This document shows, in pieces, positions 12,945 to 25,373 of a DNA stretch of 64,000 nucleotides (the stretch's first letter is position 1; each line of letters starts with the position of its first letter). Below the pieces are notes generated by a model, which worked only from the letters and a program-made list of their open reading frames with translations, searched no databases and was not told the DNA's origin. This DNA comes from Tubiluchus corallicola (taxonomy: Eukaryota > Animalia > Priapulida). The position numbers and the translations under genes were made by a program. The stretch lies in NCBI GenBank assembly GCA_030141605.1, contig JAQGDQ010000628.1, positions 1 through 64,000 on the forward strand, given 5' to 3'.

Positions 12945-13235
12945 GACTGACTGGAATATATAGAGAGAAAGACCTTTAGTGTATTCAAAACAAGGCTTGT
13001 TTTCGAATTCTTTTATACTACACACTTTCAGAAAACATTGTTTTAAAGACGCAGCTGACTTTATTTGGTATCAGAGAATTTGGAATAGAATTTACTGTTA
13101 CAGTGGGGGAAACAATATCGAACTAAATAATTTGAACTCGTTTTTTAGAATGAAAGTTTGTCATAATTATTGTCACTGGCATTCGCCACGGGTAAAAAAA
13201 AAGTACAGCTTTGTGTCAGCACGTAGTACTTATGC

Positions 13236-13566
13236 ATTTCAGCGTAAGCGAGGCCCGGGGAAGTGGGGCGTGTGAGGGGGGCAGAAAATTTTTGAAGTGC
13301 TAGAACGCCAGAGAAACATTTTCGAAAAGAAAATATGGAGTTATACTGTTGTTAAAGGAAAGAACAATTGAAAGAAAAACTGCTTTATTCTCAAGACCAG
13401 TCAGTCCTTAATACTTGTCAATACTAGCGTGCGGCGAGAGAGAGACAGAGAGAGGGAGAAGAGGAGGCAGTATGTTCGCATAAAGCAAAAAAGTGTTACC
13501 TTGGCGCGAGGCCCCCTGGAGGGTGAGGCCCGAGGAAGTATCCCACTCCCCCCCCCCTGAAATAAG
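13236..13566 (+). mobile_element. Degenerate copy of the hAT-like MITE at 59635-60003
   Basis: High similarity (GCGAGGCCCGGGGAAGTGGGGCGTGTGAGG ... GAGGCCCCCTGGAGGGTGAGGCCC); termini eroded. Confidence 0.8.
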
Positions 13567-16454
13567 TAACTTATGCGCGAACATGCTAGTGTAGCGACTT
13601 TGTTAAACGACCTGCAATTAAACTCTTTTTTTCTGGAAGCTAAACATTTAATCACTTGCCCACCAGTTTCCTTTTGAAGTTCCCGCGGCTTTGTGCAACA
13701 ACATCATCAATTGCAGCTCAAGCACTAGATGACTAGGTGTTTTGTGTGAATGTGTACAGCATACAGCAACAGATTTTCATGATGTTTTTAACATTATGAG
13801 AATTTCATGAACCAGCTTCTTCGTGACGAAATGAAGCAACCGACTTTGCTTGAAATATTGTAATTGTTAATGGTAATAATCAGATATATGCGATTTTTTT
13901 CTTTTTTTGTAATTCACTTATATAAATTATGGTTCATAAATAATTACACATAGATTTTTTTGGCATTAATTCTTTTCTAAAATTCATTTAATGCCTTTGC
14001 AATGTATACTGAGTGATGAGTACAGTAGTAAAAAACTAAACCCTACAGCTAACTCAGTCGGTTAATTGGGTCAAAACATTTCCGTTACAAAGTGAGTTTG
14101 TCAAACGGCAGCTACTGTACAATGCCTTTCTCATATCTATGACTTTGGTAATAGCAGGAACGCTCTCTTCTGCTTGACGTCATATTATTATCTATCCTTT
14201 ACAGTCTTGCTATTGAGGCGTTAGCGCCTCTTAAGTGTTATCGATTTTTCTATTAAAGAACAAAAAAAGAACAAGAAAAGGGGTACCTGAGAAGGTTTCA
14301 GAAAAATCGCCTTGAAAAATTATATTACTTTATAGCAATTTTATGCTTATCATACTCCCATTGAAAGGAATTTTCGTTTGTCTTCATTTGAAATCTCCCA
14401 CTGTTCCGAAGTCACCATTACATGACGTCGCCTACGCAAATGTAAATCAGTGGAAGAAAAGGAAATGTTAAATTATATCGCAAAAAACTCTCCATGTAAA
14501 TCTATTTTACTTAGCTTTTCGCTTACCTGCTGGAAAGGTTTATGTAACTAGAAAAGAAAATTTTTTACTTATTTAAAATGTTTTCATCAATTGGTAAAAT
14601 GTCACAGACTTTCCGTACAGGGTGCACCACTCATTAACCAAAGAGGTATTTTTAATCTTATTGATAAAATACAGTAGTTTTAAATTTTACTTAGTTAGTA
14701 GCGTGTGCACCCAACAAATGCTCTGATTTTTTTTCAAAGTTTACACGAAGTTATCTAAGCGTGTTCCAAATGACCTCACGTCAAAATGGCCGCGTCCTAT
14801 GAGAATTTAAATTTGCATGCTTTATACAGCGTGACTGCTGACTTCCGCATGTGAAATAAATGTGATAAATGTGTAAGAGATATAAAATTTCAAGACGAAT
14901 TTTTTAAGTTTTATGTTTATGTAGGGCTTCTTGTGCATTAAGTGAGTGAACACTCTATAGTGTTGTGCTGCATTATCACATTTCAGCACATTTTATATTC
15001 GCACTTCATTCCCAGTAAATCATCGCGATTTATTATTTGCTGCAAATAATCACTTCAAATTGATTTCCTATAATTTCTTTAAGATTTCCACGTACAGTTT
15101 GTCCTGTCAAGCTATGCTTTTAGGCTCAAACTGTATGCATCAAATATATTCTGTAATTTATTTGGACATGTATATACTGCATAAGAATTTCTTTTGTAAT
15201 TTCTGGATTATACTGCATTTATATTTATATTTACTTCAGTGGAAAATCATCTGTATTATTATTATAACTGTAAGATGCAGAGTGGAAATAAATAAGCTTA
15301 AATTTAAACTTAAACTTAAATAGCATTGGCTACGAGGTGCTGTCTATCGTGCACAAACACGCTGTCTGGTACACTTAATCTTTGATCTTTTCATTCGCTG
15401 ATATTGTGAAAAACGTACCTTACTACTTCAGTGAAAATTTCGAACAAAAAAGACATTGCTATTCTCGTGTGTTCATTACAGGCTTGTTTTCACTTTTATA
15501 ATAATCATGACCGCATTGTTCTTAAAAATTAGAACGTGCAAGCCTAGCTGAATTAGAAGAAATGAGACGATGGCTTCATGATGCAGACGATTAATTTCTA
15601 ACGATGCTGCTACCTCGGTGAAAAGCATGAAGTCCGTGTGGACAGTGTTCTTACGGATTATGTTTATCATATGTCAAGGTAAGTAGATTTGAATTATGTA
15701 AATGTGGCACGTTAAAGGAAGAACCAACTATCGAATCACACTTATTGCATTTTAATGTACAATTAAAAATATTGAAATCACAATGCAAAATATGCGCATA
15801 GAATGCTTTGCTTAAAATGTAAAAGAACTTTAAATGTTTCTCATCCCCCGCCAAACCAACTTTGACGGCGGCACATTTGAAAAAAAAATTACGTATGCTT
15901 GGCAGCGTGAAGGCACGGGTTTGGGAACCTCCAGCAGTTTGTTTAGAAGTTCCATTACTCTAATGTTGTGTTTAACCGTGTTTATCTAGAAATTAGTCAT
16001 TCGATCAATTATGATGAAATTTAAAGTGGTTACATTGCTTTAATATACAGATTACACCTTAAAATGTGTAAGTAATTAACATTAATTGTGTAGATAATTA
16101 ACTTACATAATTTTGTTAAGTTTTAGATACGCATGAAAACTTGGCATCACGTAGTAGGTACCAGGCTGGCAACTTAGTTTATAGAATTCGCTGTATAAGT
16201 TAAAGAAAGATTCCGAAGTACCTGGCGAGAAAGTGTTTATGTTGCACGGTAACCAGATGACACAATTTTTCTTCTAAATTGAGCGCGTCCAAGAGTGATA
16301 TAATCACAACTTACATTGATTACACAAGATGCTTATCACAATTTTATTGCTAATGCTTTCTAACAGTTTCCCCAAATATTAAAACAAGCTCAACTTCCCA
16401 AGAGCTTTTGAATTAAAACAAAAGGAAAAAACAGGGAACATTGCCTTACACATC

Positions 16455-16640
16455 TATGTAAAAAAGTCAACAGGTAAAAACGTCACAGAAAAAAACACAG
16501 GAAAAAACAACTTTAACCCTAATCCTACACTAACCCTTGACCCTGTTCCTAGCCAAATTAAGCTAGCCACCTTTTCCTAGCTAAAAACAGTGACTTTTTT
16601 CCGTTGCTTTTCTTGTGACTTTATTACAGGACACCGCAAA
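16455..16640. mobile_element. Short MITE-like element with degenerate (CCCTAA)n core; paralogous copy ~26168-26350
   Basis: Inverted AAAAAGTCAC/GTGACTTTTT subterminal repeats flanking TAACCCTAATCCTACACTAACCC. Confidence 0.55.
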
Positions 16641-17153
16641 AATACTCCCACAAATCAAAATGTAATAATCTTACCTGTTTGAAATTCACATATCTACTTT
16701 ATGACTGATTAAATAGTTACCTGTCTTACCTGTACAAAATTCAAAGATGCAAGTGCCGTTTGAATCAGCGGTTGCTACAAAAAAGTACAAGCTATTGTCT
16801 GCCTACAATTTGCTACCGAACCTCAGTCTTTAATCAGATACCCGTTCTGTTAAATCATAAAGCTTCGTTTACACACACGAAACGTTAACAGTTTGATGAT
16901 TTAAAATTTCAAGCATTATTGGTCGGGTCTTTTGCCAGGGTAACTGAATGTCTCCAAAGTCGTTTGGCTTAGTAATGCATTTTCAAGATGTGGCACTCGA
17001 ACCGAGGCCTCCTTCGATCACTCTTGTTCAAAACGAACAGGAGTTACATATATATATAATTACAGTATAGCACATCTATATATACCATACTTTTAAGGAT
17101 CATTTCTATAGTATGTGTCGCAAGAGGTTCAGACAAAACAGAACACCAGATAT

Positions 17154-17760
17154 GAATTATGAATTTATTTATTTCACAGCAACTCAAACATACATACAAA
17201 TTGATATTACATTGAAAAAAAGTAAATAAACTATGCGAGTTACTGTGAGGAGGAGGAAGGAGCATTGAGCTTTCGAGTCCTCCTCCAGATAAGTGAAACA
17301 ATTGACAATTAACATTACATTTTCATCAGTTATAACGTACATTAGAACAAAATAAGTTTTGTTACTAACTTAAGATCAGGATGAGTAAAATTGTGAGTTA
17401 ATTATACCGTTGTAGTAGGTAATTCTTTGATGCTTTTTTAAATTGATAAAGATTAAGAGTTTCCATTTCACGCGGAATTGATGACCATATTTTAATAGCA
17501 TTATATTTTGATGACTGTTTCATTATATTTGTTTTTGGAAGGGGGAGTACATAGTTTTCGACTGAATATCTTGTGTAATGATCATGTTGATTTGAAACTG
17601 GACTAAAGTAAGACTGAAAAGCTGGTGGAAGTAGTGAATTATGATACTGATACATGAAATGAAGACAATACATATCATATATTTCTTTCACTTTAAGAGT
17701 TTTAACAGACAAATAAATTATATTTGTGGGATGGTCATACCTTACATGATATATTAGTTT
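17154..17760 (-). mobile_element. 5'-truncated non-LTR retrotransposon (ORF2 C-terminus + 3' UTR), present only in copy A
   Basis: ORF 17398..17712 (LKVKEIY...YTR...KIWSSIP...FKK) resembles L2/CR1-group ORF2 ends. TSD GATAT. Empty site in copy B at ~26878. Confidence 0.85.
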
Positions 17761-19464
17761 GATATACGCGTATATATATATATACGCGTGCCCACAACAA
17801 GCCTGTGAAATGGCTAATTGCCTCTGTCATTTCAATGTCTCATTTTCAAGAATTATCCTTAACAAGCGATTGGTTTCAGTGGCTCTTAAGCATTTGACCT
17901 TGAGTAATTCTCCCAAGTGCTAGGCCCTGTCTTGCAGGAATTTTAGACCGTGACTGATAACCTTTTTGTTGTTACTGAATTTAATTTGTTTTTTCTTGCA
18001 GTGGTTACAGAGTGCGTGGATAAGGAAAATCAGCAATACTGTGTAGATACCGACGCAGTTTGGGAGGGAGACATCGCGCTTTGCGAAATCGAATGTGGCA
18101 CGAATACAACTCTTACACTGGAAATACTTCAACATATATCAAATTACACTAGAAAGGACCCAAGACCCATCGATGGCCTTCGATTCATAAACTATGAAGA
18201 AGATGTTCTTGAAAAACGTCTCTTGAGTTTAACCTGCAATTTGCTAATACAAGCATCGGCAGAATCAGGAAATTTGATCTGGCTGCAGAATACATAACCC
18301 TGTACTTTTTCGATAATCCCAATTTAACCAGCATTGATGAAGGAGCGTTTAATCGTAAAACAGTCAGACTTATATTTATTAAGAACAGTCAAAATTTAAA
18401 AGAACTTGACTTGGATCTTTCTGCGCCATGGTTGGACGCACTGGTGATTATAGGAACCTCAATTAGAACGCTGGTGAAACCACGTTTCCCGCCACATTAC
18501 CCTACAGAACGTGTTGAGATATGGCTGTTGGGTAATATATACTATCTGCATCTAACTCTTAGAAATCTTCTTTTGGTTATACATTGAAAGACTTACGTAA
18601 TTGGAAAAGAAACTTATTAATAATTTAACACATTCGTGCTAACTTTGGCACTGCATTACCATCCCTGTGTCCACCACTGATCTGCTAAAAAGCACATTAT
18701 TGATCTTTGAAGGCAATACAAAGGGTTTGCCAACTTCGCCCTTATCTAAACTTGTTTCAAACGACATAACGTTAAAATGACTGCGCTTAGCGGTCACGGA
18801 AGTTTAAATATACAAGTTTTATACAGCGTTACTGCCAATGAATATGCAATAAGACAACATGTAAGTGATGTAAAATTTCAAAACGATTTTCTCAAGTTTT
18901 ACTTATGAAGAGTGTTTTCTTGCCTTTTAAATATTTATATGTAAATGCACTGAAGTCTAGTGACACTAGTGTGAACTTAAAGAATAAAACACTTATTCGG
19001 GAGATGAAAAAGAAATGACAACTTAATGAGTATTTAAATACTTTCCAACATGGAAAATTTAGGTAAACAGAAAGTAACCGTTATTAAGCCAGGGAAGATT
19101 TGGAAAATGTACAAACTTAGAGTTTTCTCATCAGGCCTTCCACGAGGACTTCATGCCGTCACCATCCATGATCCGCCAACGATAACGTCACTGAGCTGTG
19201 ACGTTTCCTGGTCACTAGGTCTACCTGTACGAGAACAGAACAGTATAGCATTTGTCTTTCTAAAATGGTAACGAGGATAATCAGTTTCACTGCCACAGCA
19301 GATAAGTATCAACAGCAGAAGGTAAGTATTATCATCACCAGCAACAGGTGAGTATCTTCAATAACAGGCGCCATTGATAAATGGTAAGCATTGTCAGCAT
19401 AAGATACCATTGACGACAGCTAAGTATAATCAGCTGTATTCTGTCGCTGCATTCACTATCTGAA

Positions 19465-20559
19465 CCCTTAGCCGACTAAGGGGTTTTTATATATCACTAA
19501 AGAACAAGCGGGGTAAAAAAATTATCCCATTAAAATTTTACTGAAGTTACTAACTGGATAGAATGCCCAACTGGTAACAGAGGTGCTCCTATTAGTACAA
19601 AACAAAGTTCTTCGGCAAGTTGGCATAGGCATATGAGGGCACCAAGGATAAAAAGAGGCTTTGCACCATCGCACTGTATTATTTGCGCTGTGCTGGCGCA
19701 ATCTGTCACAATGGTCACGTGACCGGCGATTGTTTCGGGCGCACGAGTCTGTAGAAAACGTTTTAAAACTCTGTCGCATTTTTTGAATTCTTTTGTGTTT
19801 AGGACAGTGTAACTTAATTATTGCATATTGTGTGTTTACTGTTTGTTTAATACACAATTATAACCTGTCACTGAAGTGTTTGAACTCGTTTGTTGTTAAA
19901 AATTAGTCGTCTAATTAGCATGCTCTCCACAGCAGCTCTGAAGATTGTGCGATGAGACAGGGCATCGCCACATATGCTTTATTATTTATGCTTGGTTTTT
20001 CAAGTCTTGTGAAAATTTTTATAATAGCCTAATGATGTTCACTGCTTAACTCTAAGACACCCACTTCGCCATCACTTACTGGATCTTCTAAAATTTCATC
20101 TCCACCACCTTCAGGCTTAACCACCTGTACAGCTAAAGTTTCCGCCACACTGAATGAAGAATGTCCATAAACTTTAATATAAAATTTCCTGAACAGATCG
20201 TTAGAAAAATCTCTTCGTAGAACTGTAGACCGAATTCGAGGTTTGCAGCACTTCTCAGTTTCTCGGTTTTAAATGTAAACACACATTGCTGCCAGAATAC
20301 TCCAAATAAAATCCCAAAATTTTGCCTACATAAAAGACCAAGTTTGGTAATAAGTTACCCCACGTCTGGTAGTACGTATCCCTCGTGCTGTGTAAAAAGT
20401 ATGAATAATATTTTTAGCAAGACCAGGGTATGGTTGCATAACACATCGAAAAATATTTAATCCCTACTAGTTTAAAAAATTTTCATTGTGTGCATCAATG
20501 CAAAAATGGGAGCAAACACACGTGGGGTAATTTTTTACCCCACCTTGTTCGGTCATGGG
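19465..20559. mobile_element. piggyBac-like non-autonomous element (copy A intron 2)
   Basis: CCC...GGG termini, imperfect TIR CCCTTAGCCGACTAAGG / CCTTGTTCGGTCATGGG, flanks TGAA/TTAA. Confidence 0.65.
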
Positions 20560-23139
20560 TTAAAATATCCATCTCATTTATGAAATTTACGTGTAATTTG
20601 TTTTTACAGAAAACGCTCTCGTGTGCAACTGCAATATGTCATGGTTAAGAGGGGAAAAGTGGAACCGATTGGGACTTGACTGTGCGGAGCCTAAACTGGA
20701 GAATTCTGACAAGCTTCCAAATCAAGATACCGCAACACTGGAATTTTTTAAACAGCAGTGTCAAATAGAAGCAGAGGAGCTGTACGGAGGCGACATTTGT
20801 GAAACAGCCTTTAAACCTTATGAGAAAACTTGTTATCCTACATCTACCATTCCTTCCAGTCCCTTGCCTACCTTACCTGAATCTACCACCTCTGGACCCG
20901 CAAATACGACAGCAAATACTACTGACGTTCAATCTACATCCATGTTGCTTGCCGCGCCACCTGCTGTCATTTTCTGGCCATCTGTAGTCGCGTGCATTAC
21001 AATACTTTGAAAGAAACGACTGATCCTTACCTAATATCAATCTCAATAAGTTTTGTTTGTTACAAGGTCATTCAGCATAAAAGTATACGCTTTTATATTA
21101 TTAATAAATTTGCATTTTGTTTATCACCAAAATAGGCTTAAATATCCATAAAATGGCATTTCACATCTGAAAGTTTTTCATATAATAATATGATGAAATA
21201 TTTTTAGTTAGTCTTTAATAAAGATTATAATAAGAAATATGTGGTTATTTTATGGCCACAAATTTTATATTAAATATTCTATATAATTTTAAAGAATATT
21301 ACACTTGAAAAAAAAGTTTATTTTAGTTAAGTTCTCTTAAACTTTTTTTAGTTACTCCTAAGGTAAATTTTTATTATCATAAAACACTGTTTGTTTCAGG
21401 TGTTCTTAAATAAATAGTGTTATAAGAAGAAGATGATTTTTCGGTTATATCCATTCCTTAATGTAATCGTCCATTTTGTATAGTAGTATATTCAACGGTT
21501 ATTAATTGGCGTGAAGAATTTGACACGCTGCGCCCCTGTTTCAGGAATTCACTTATATATAAGCGAAGCCAGTTTTTTACTACCCCCTTTTAGTTCTGTT
21601 CGGTTCAGTACTTCGTTGCTTCCACTACTGTGGTTGAAATATTTTTATCAACTAAATAAAACTAACCTTTCTTTAACTTTAATCTATCGTTTACTCTGCA
21701 CCATTAATTTGCAACAAATTTAGGAACTGCAAGTTATACATTTGTAAAATAATATTGCTTAACTCTAGTCGAGATTCAAATATTCAAAGTCTTTATAAAT
21801 TTACTTCTTTTGCATAATTTTGAAGAAAACTCCAAGGCACAGCTGCTGATAATAAAGGCAAACTTTCCGTGCTTTAACAATAAACAAATATGATCTAAAA
21901 CAAAAAAAATCGCTAACCTGCTGAAAAGGTTTATGTAACTAGAAAAGAAACTTTTTTATTTATTTAAAATGTTTTCACCAATTGGTAAAATGTCGCTGAC
22001 TCACACTCTAGGGCGCACCACTCATTAACCAAAGATGTATTTTTAATATTATTGATAAAATACAGTAGTTTTAAATTTTACTTAGTTAGTAGCTTGTGCA
22101 CCCAACAAAAGCTCTGATTTTTTTCAGTTTACACGAAGTTATCTAAACCTCAAGTCAAAATGGCCGCGTCCTACGAGAATTTAAATTTACATGCTTTATA
22201 CAGCTTGACTGCCGACTGAACTTCCGCATGTGAAAAGGCAGTATGTAAGTGATATAAAATTTCAAGACGAATTTTTTTAAGTTTTATGTTTATGTAGGGC
22301 TTCTTGTGCTTTAAGTGAACACTCTGTAGTGTTGTGCTGCATCATCGCATTTCAGCACATTTTATATTCGCAGTTCATGCCCAGTAAATCATCGTGATTT
22401 ATTATTTGCTGCAAATTGATTTTCCTTCACTTCAAATCACTGCAATCACTTCAAATTGATTTTCCTAAAATTTGAAATAAAGTTTAATAAATAATAATTA
22501 AGACAAACGAAAACACCTAAGCTTTGCAAATAGTAAAGATTTGATAATGTCTTGAGGTCAACATTTGCCAAATAAACTATGCAAATTTTTGTGTGCATAA
22601 TGTTTCGGGTAGCGTGTGGATTATGCAAATGTTTTAATAAATTTTAAAACAGATCAAGTCTTTCTGTTTTAATCAGTTTTAAACAGTTCAAATCAACATT
22701 TAAATACATTACATTAAATCGTTTTGAAAAGCCTACATATGTTAATGATAATATATATATTCCTCCGCAAATTTTATTTACCCACGTTCATTTTAAATTG
22801 TATGTATATAATGTAGTGGTACTTGAAAAGTGATACTGTTTTCTTTTAAGCTCATCAACGTCGGATCATATAGGGCAAACTTTGAAGATTTTAGCCTGCA
22901 GATGCAACCAATAAGAGTTGATTTTAGCTTCAATTAACGCCACTCCATTTGGCGTACGAAAAATAAAGAATGCAGCATTTAAAGTTTGTGTTTTTTATGA
23001 TGAATAGTAAAACACTTAGGAATGGAGTCTCTCACAGAAGACTTTGAAAATTATAAGAAAAACAAAATGTCCGTATATGACACAGTAAAGAAAGAACTAC
23101 ACGGGGTGTTGCAAAATTAGGTTGAAAGTGGCCAACTAC

Positions 23140-23415
23140 AATAAACCCTGTCATAGTTTCATTGTGCGCATGCGCAATTCCTGCAGGTCAAAGGTTAAGC
23201 GTACTACGGCAACCTGTCTTAACTACAACCGTCACGTGACATGTTTGTAAATCAAAGCCATTTGTTGCGTCAGTTTAGCAATTGTTTCACGTGGACTTTA
23301 CTTAATTATGCATTTGTCTATGCGTAGAGTGATTTACTAGCAGGATCTTGCTTGGGAACAAGAAAAAAATTAACTAGGTAAGGTCCTAATTAGCTGTTAA
23401 AACTGTTACTATTAC
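23140..23415 (+). mobile_element. Dispersed repeat family (copies also ~38870-39200, ~62605-62960, partial ~15320-15420)
   Basis: Shared GAGTGATTT.CTAGCAGGATCTTGC.TGG.AACAAGAAAAA...AACTAGGT.AGG...CTGTTACTATT. Confidence 0.7.
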
Positions 23416-24119
23416 AATATTTCATTAGCTATATGGGACCAGTCCTATGGAACAGACTAAGCCGCAATTCAAAATGTAGTCACTCCCTTTCAACTTTTAA
23501 AAAACCCGGCAGAAAAGAAATATTTCAAAAGTATTGAAAGTAACATGGTTTCATAATGGTAATCACCTGCATTCTTTTTCCACAGTAATCTTGATAAAAT
23601 GTGACTGTGCTCAGCAGGTTACTGAACACTTTAGAATCATGAGCACAGTTTTTCTTAGTTCTCGCTCCATTTCATCGTTCACTTACTACTCCCCCCCCCC
23701 CCACATTTATGAATATATTGTCATTATCTCAATTATTAATCATTTCTTTAAGATTTCCACGTACAGTTTGGCCTGTCAAGCTATGCTTTTAGGCTCAAAC
23801 TGTATGCATCAAAATTATTCTGTAATTTATTTGTACATGTATATTATCTGCATAAGAACCTCTTTTGTAATTTCTGGATTATATTGCATTTATATTTATA
23901 TTTTCTTCAGTGGAAAATTATCTGTATTTTTATTATAACTGTAAGATGCAGAGTGGAATCAAATAAGCTTAAATTTAAAAATTTCGAACACAAAAAGACA
24001 TTGCTATTCTTTTGCATGTATTCTTTTAGACATAGTGTATGTTTTTAGATAGTCCAGATTAATTGTTTATGCCTGAAAATTTGTGTTCCTTACAGGCTTG
24101 TTTTCACTTTTATAATAAT

Positions 24120-25199
24120 TGTGATAGCGCCCTATCTTCGTGCCCTATCGGACGTACTACTGTCCAAGCTTGATCTTTTATTTTGAATGCCTGAGCAAGC
24201 CAAATAAACACTGGTTTATTTTTATTCTTAACAATTAGATTAATATTGATATGTTGCGATATTATTGTACTGAGTTATTTGAACTTAAAATACTTCTTTA
24301 CGGGGTGAAGAGATGAAGCAGTTTAGTTTTGCATATGTACAGCTGTGAAATCGGCACAGGTAACCTAGTTATGTTTAACGCATACTTGCCTCTCATTGGT
24401 TATTTCAAAAATGCATGAACACATGTGATTCCTACAGTTCGTGGAGAAGTGAATTTCTCGATCTAGCTAGGGAGTTGATACTTGGTTTTTGAGCGTATTG
24501 TTGCGTGTGGCAGACACGTCTAAAGTCTGCCCACACTGCTCAGTTCGAACATCTCTAACGAGATTGATTGAGATGATTTGATTTGTACTATTGTGGAACT
24601 TACTCAAATGATATAAACGGAATAGAAACGGCATGTTAATATGGTCAATGAAATACGGAACTTAATCTAGACTTGTATTGGTGAGACTCCCAGCAAGTTG
24701 GCAGACGGAATCGAGCAAGCTAGACTCACAAGGAAGTTGTAGCTATCGTGTCAGTGGTGAGGCGAAGGGGTGGTGGTCCTTGAGGTGAGCTGCCAGCGGC
24801 TGTCGGAACTTGGTGGAATCGAATTTCTGATGGTATGGTATGAATCGATAACGCATGGAATGGAATGGAATGTTGCACATACGTTTACAAAGTCTTGTGA
24901 TGAAACCATCGTCATGGAATGGAAATGGAATGGTGATGCAGTTAATGCCAGGACTGGAACTCCGACGTGGTAAACCCGGTACCGGTATGCTTGTAGCCTC
25001 GTATACACTTGTACAGTTTTGCTTTAATGATGCATATTATATTTATAATTAAATAAAGCAATTGAATTTAATGCCCAGTTTATTTAGACTAATAGAGATT
25101 GTCAATTGCTTCTAAATGTTACATCACAACAGTGACGACGTTACACGTTACGGAAATAACACAGAACCCTTAACATGTGCTTTTGGAAAGGCCGTCACA
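24120..25199. mobile_element. Solo LTR (1080 bp), present only in copy B
   Basis: Termini TGTGA...TCACA, 5-bp TSD ATAAT; empty site in copy A (TATAATAATCATGAC, ~15500). Confidence 0.85.
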
Positions 25200-25321
25200 A
25201 TAATCATGACCGCATTGTTCTTAAAAATTAGAACGTGCAAGCCTAGCTGAATTACAAGAGATGAGACGATGGCTGATGGAGACGATTAATTTCTAACGAT
25301 GCTGCTACCTCGGTGAAAACC

Positions 25322-25373
25322 ATGAAATCCGTGTGGACAGTGTTCTTACGGATTGTGTTTATCATATGTCAAG
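25322..25373 (+). CDS. LRR gene 2B exon 1: signal peptide
   Basis: ATG...CAAG|GTAAGT; conserved in copy A 15627-15678. Confidence 0.75.

Larger units (their letters stand above)
15627..21010 (+). pseudogene. LRR gene 2A, frameshifted copy (exons 15627-15678, 18002-18531, 20610-21010)
   Basis: Exon 2 is 530 nt versus 543 nt in copy B (14-bp deletion plus a nearby +1), giving a premature TAA at 18295-18297. LRRCT NPL has become NAL. Confidence 0.8.

Noticed and set aside
19522-19857. Cys/His-containing ORFs in the piggyBac-like element as a transposase
   Set aside because: Short, disrupted differently in the two copies, and no DDD catalytic region is recognisable.
24751-25052. Three overlapping short ORFs
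   Set aside because: They lie inside the solo LTR and have no recognisable motifs.
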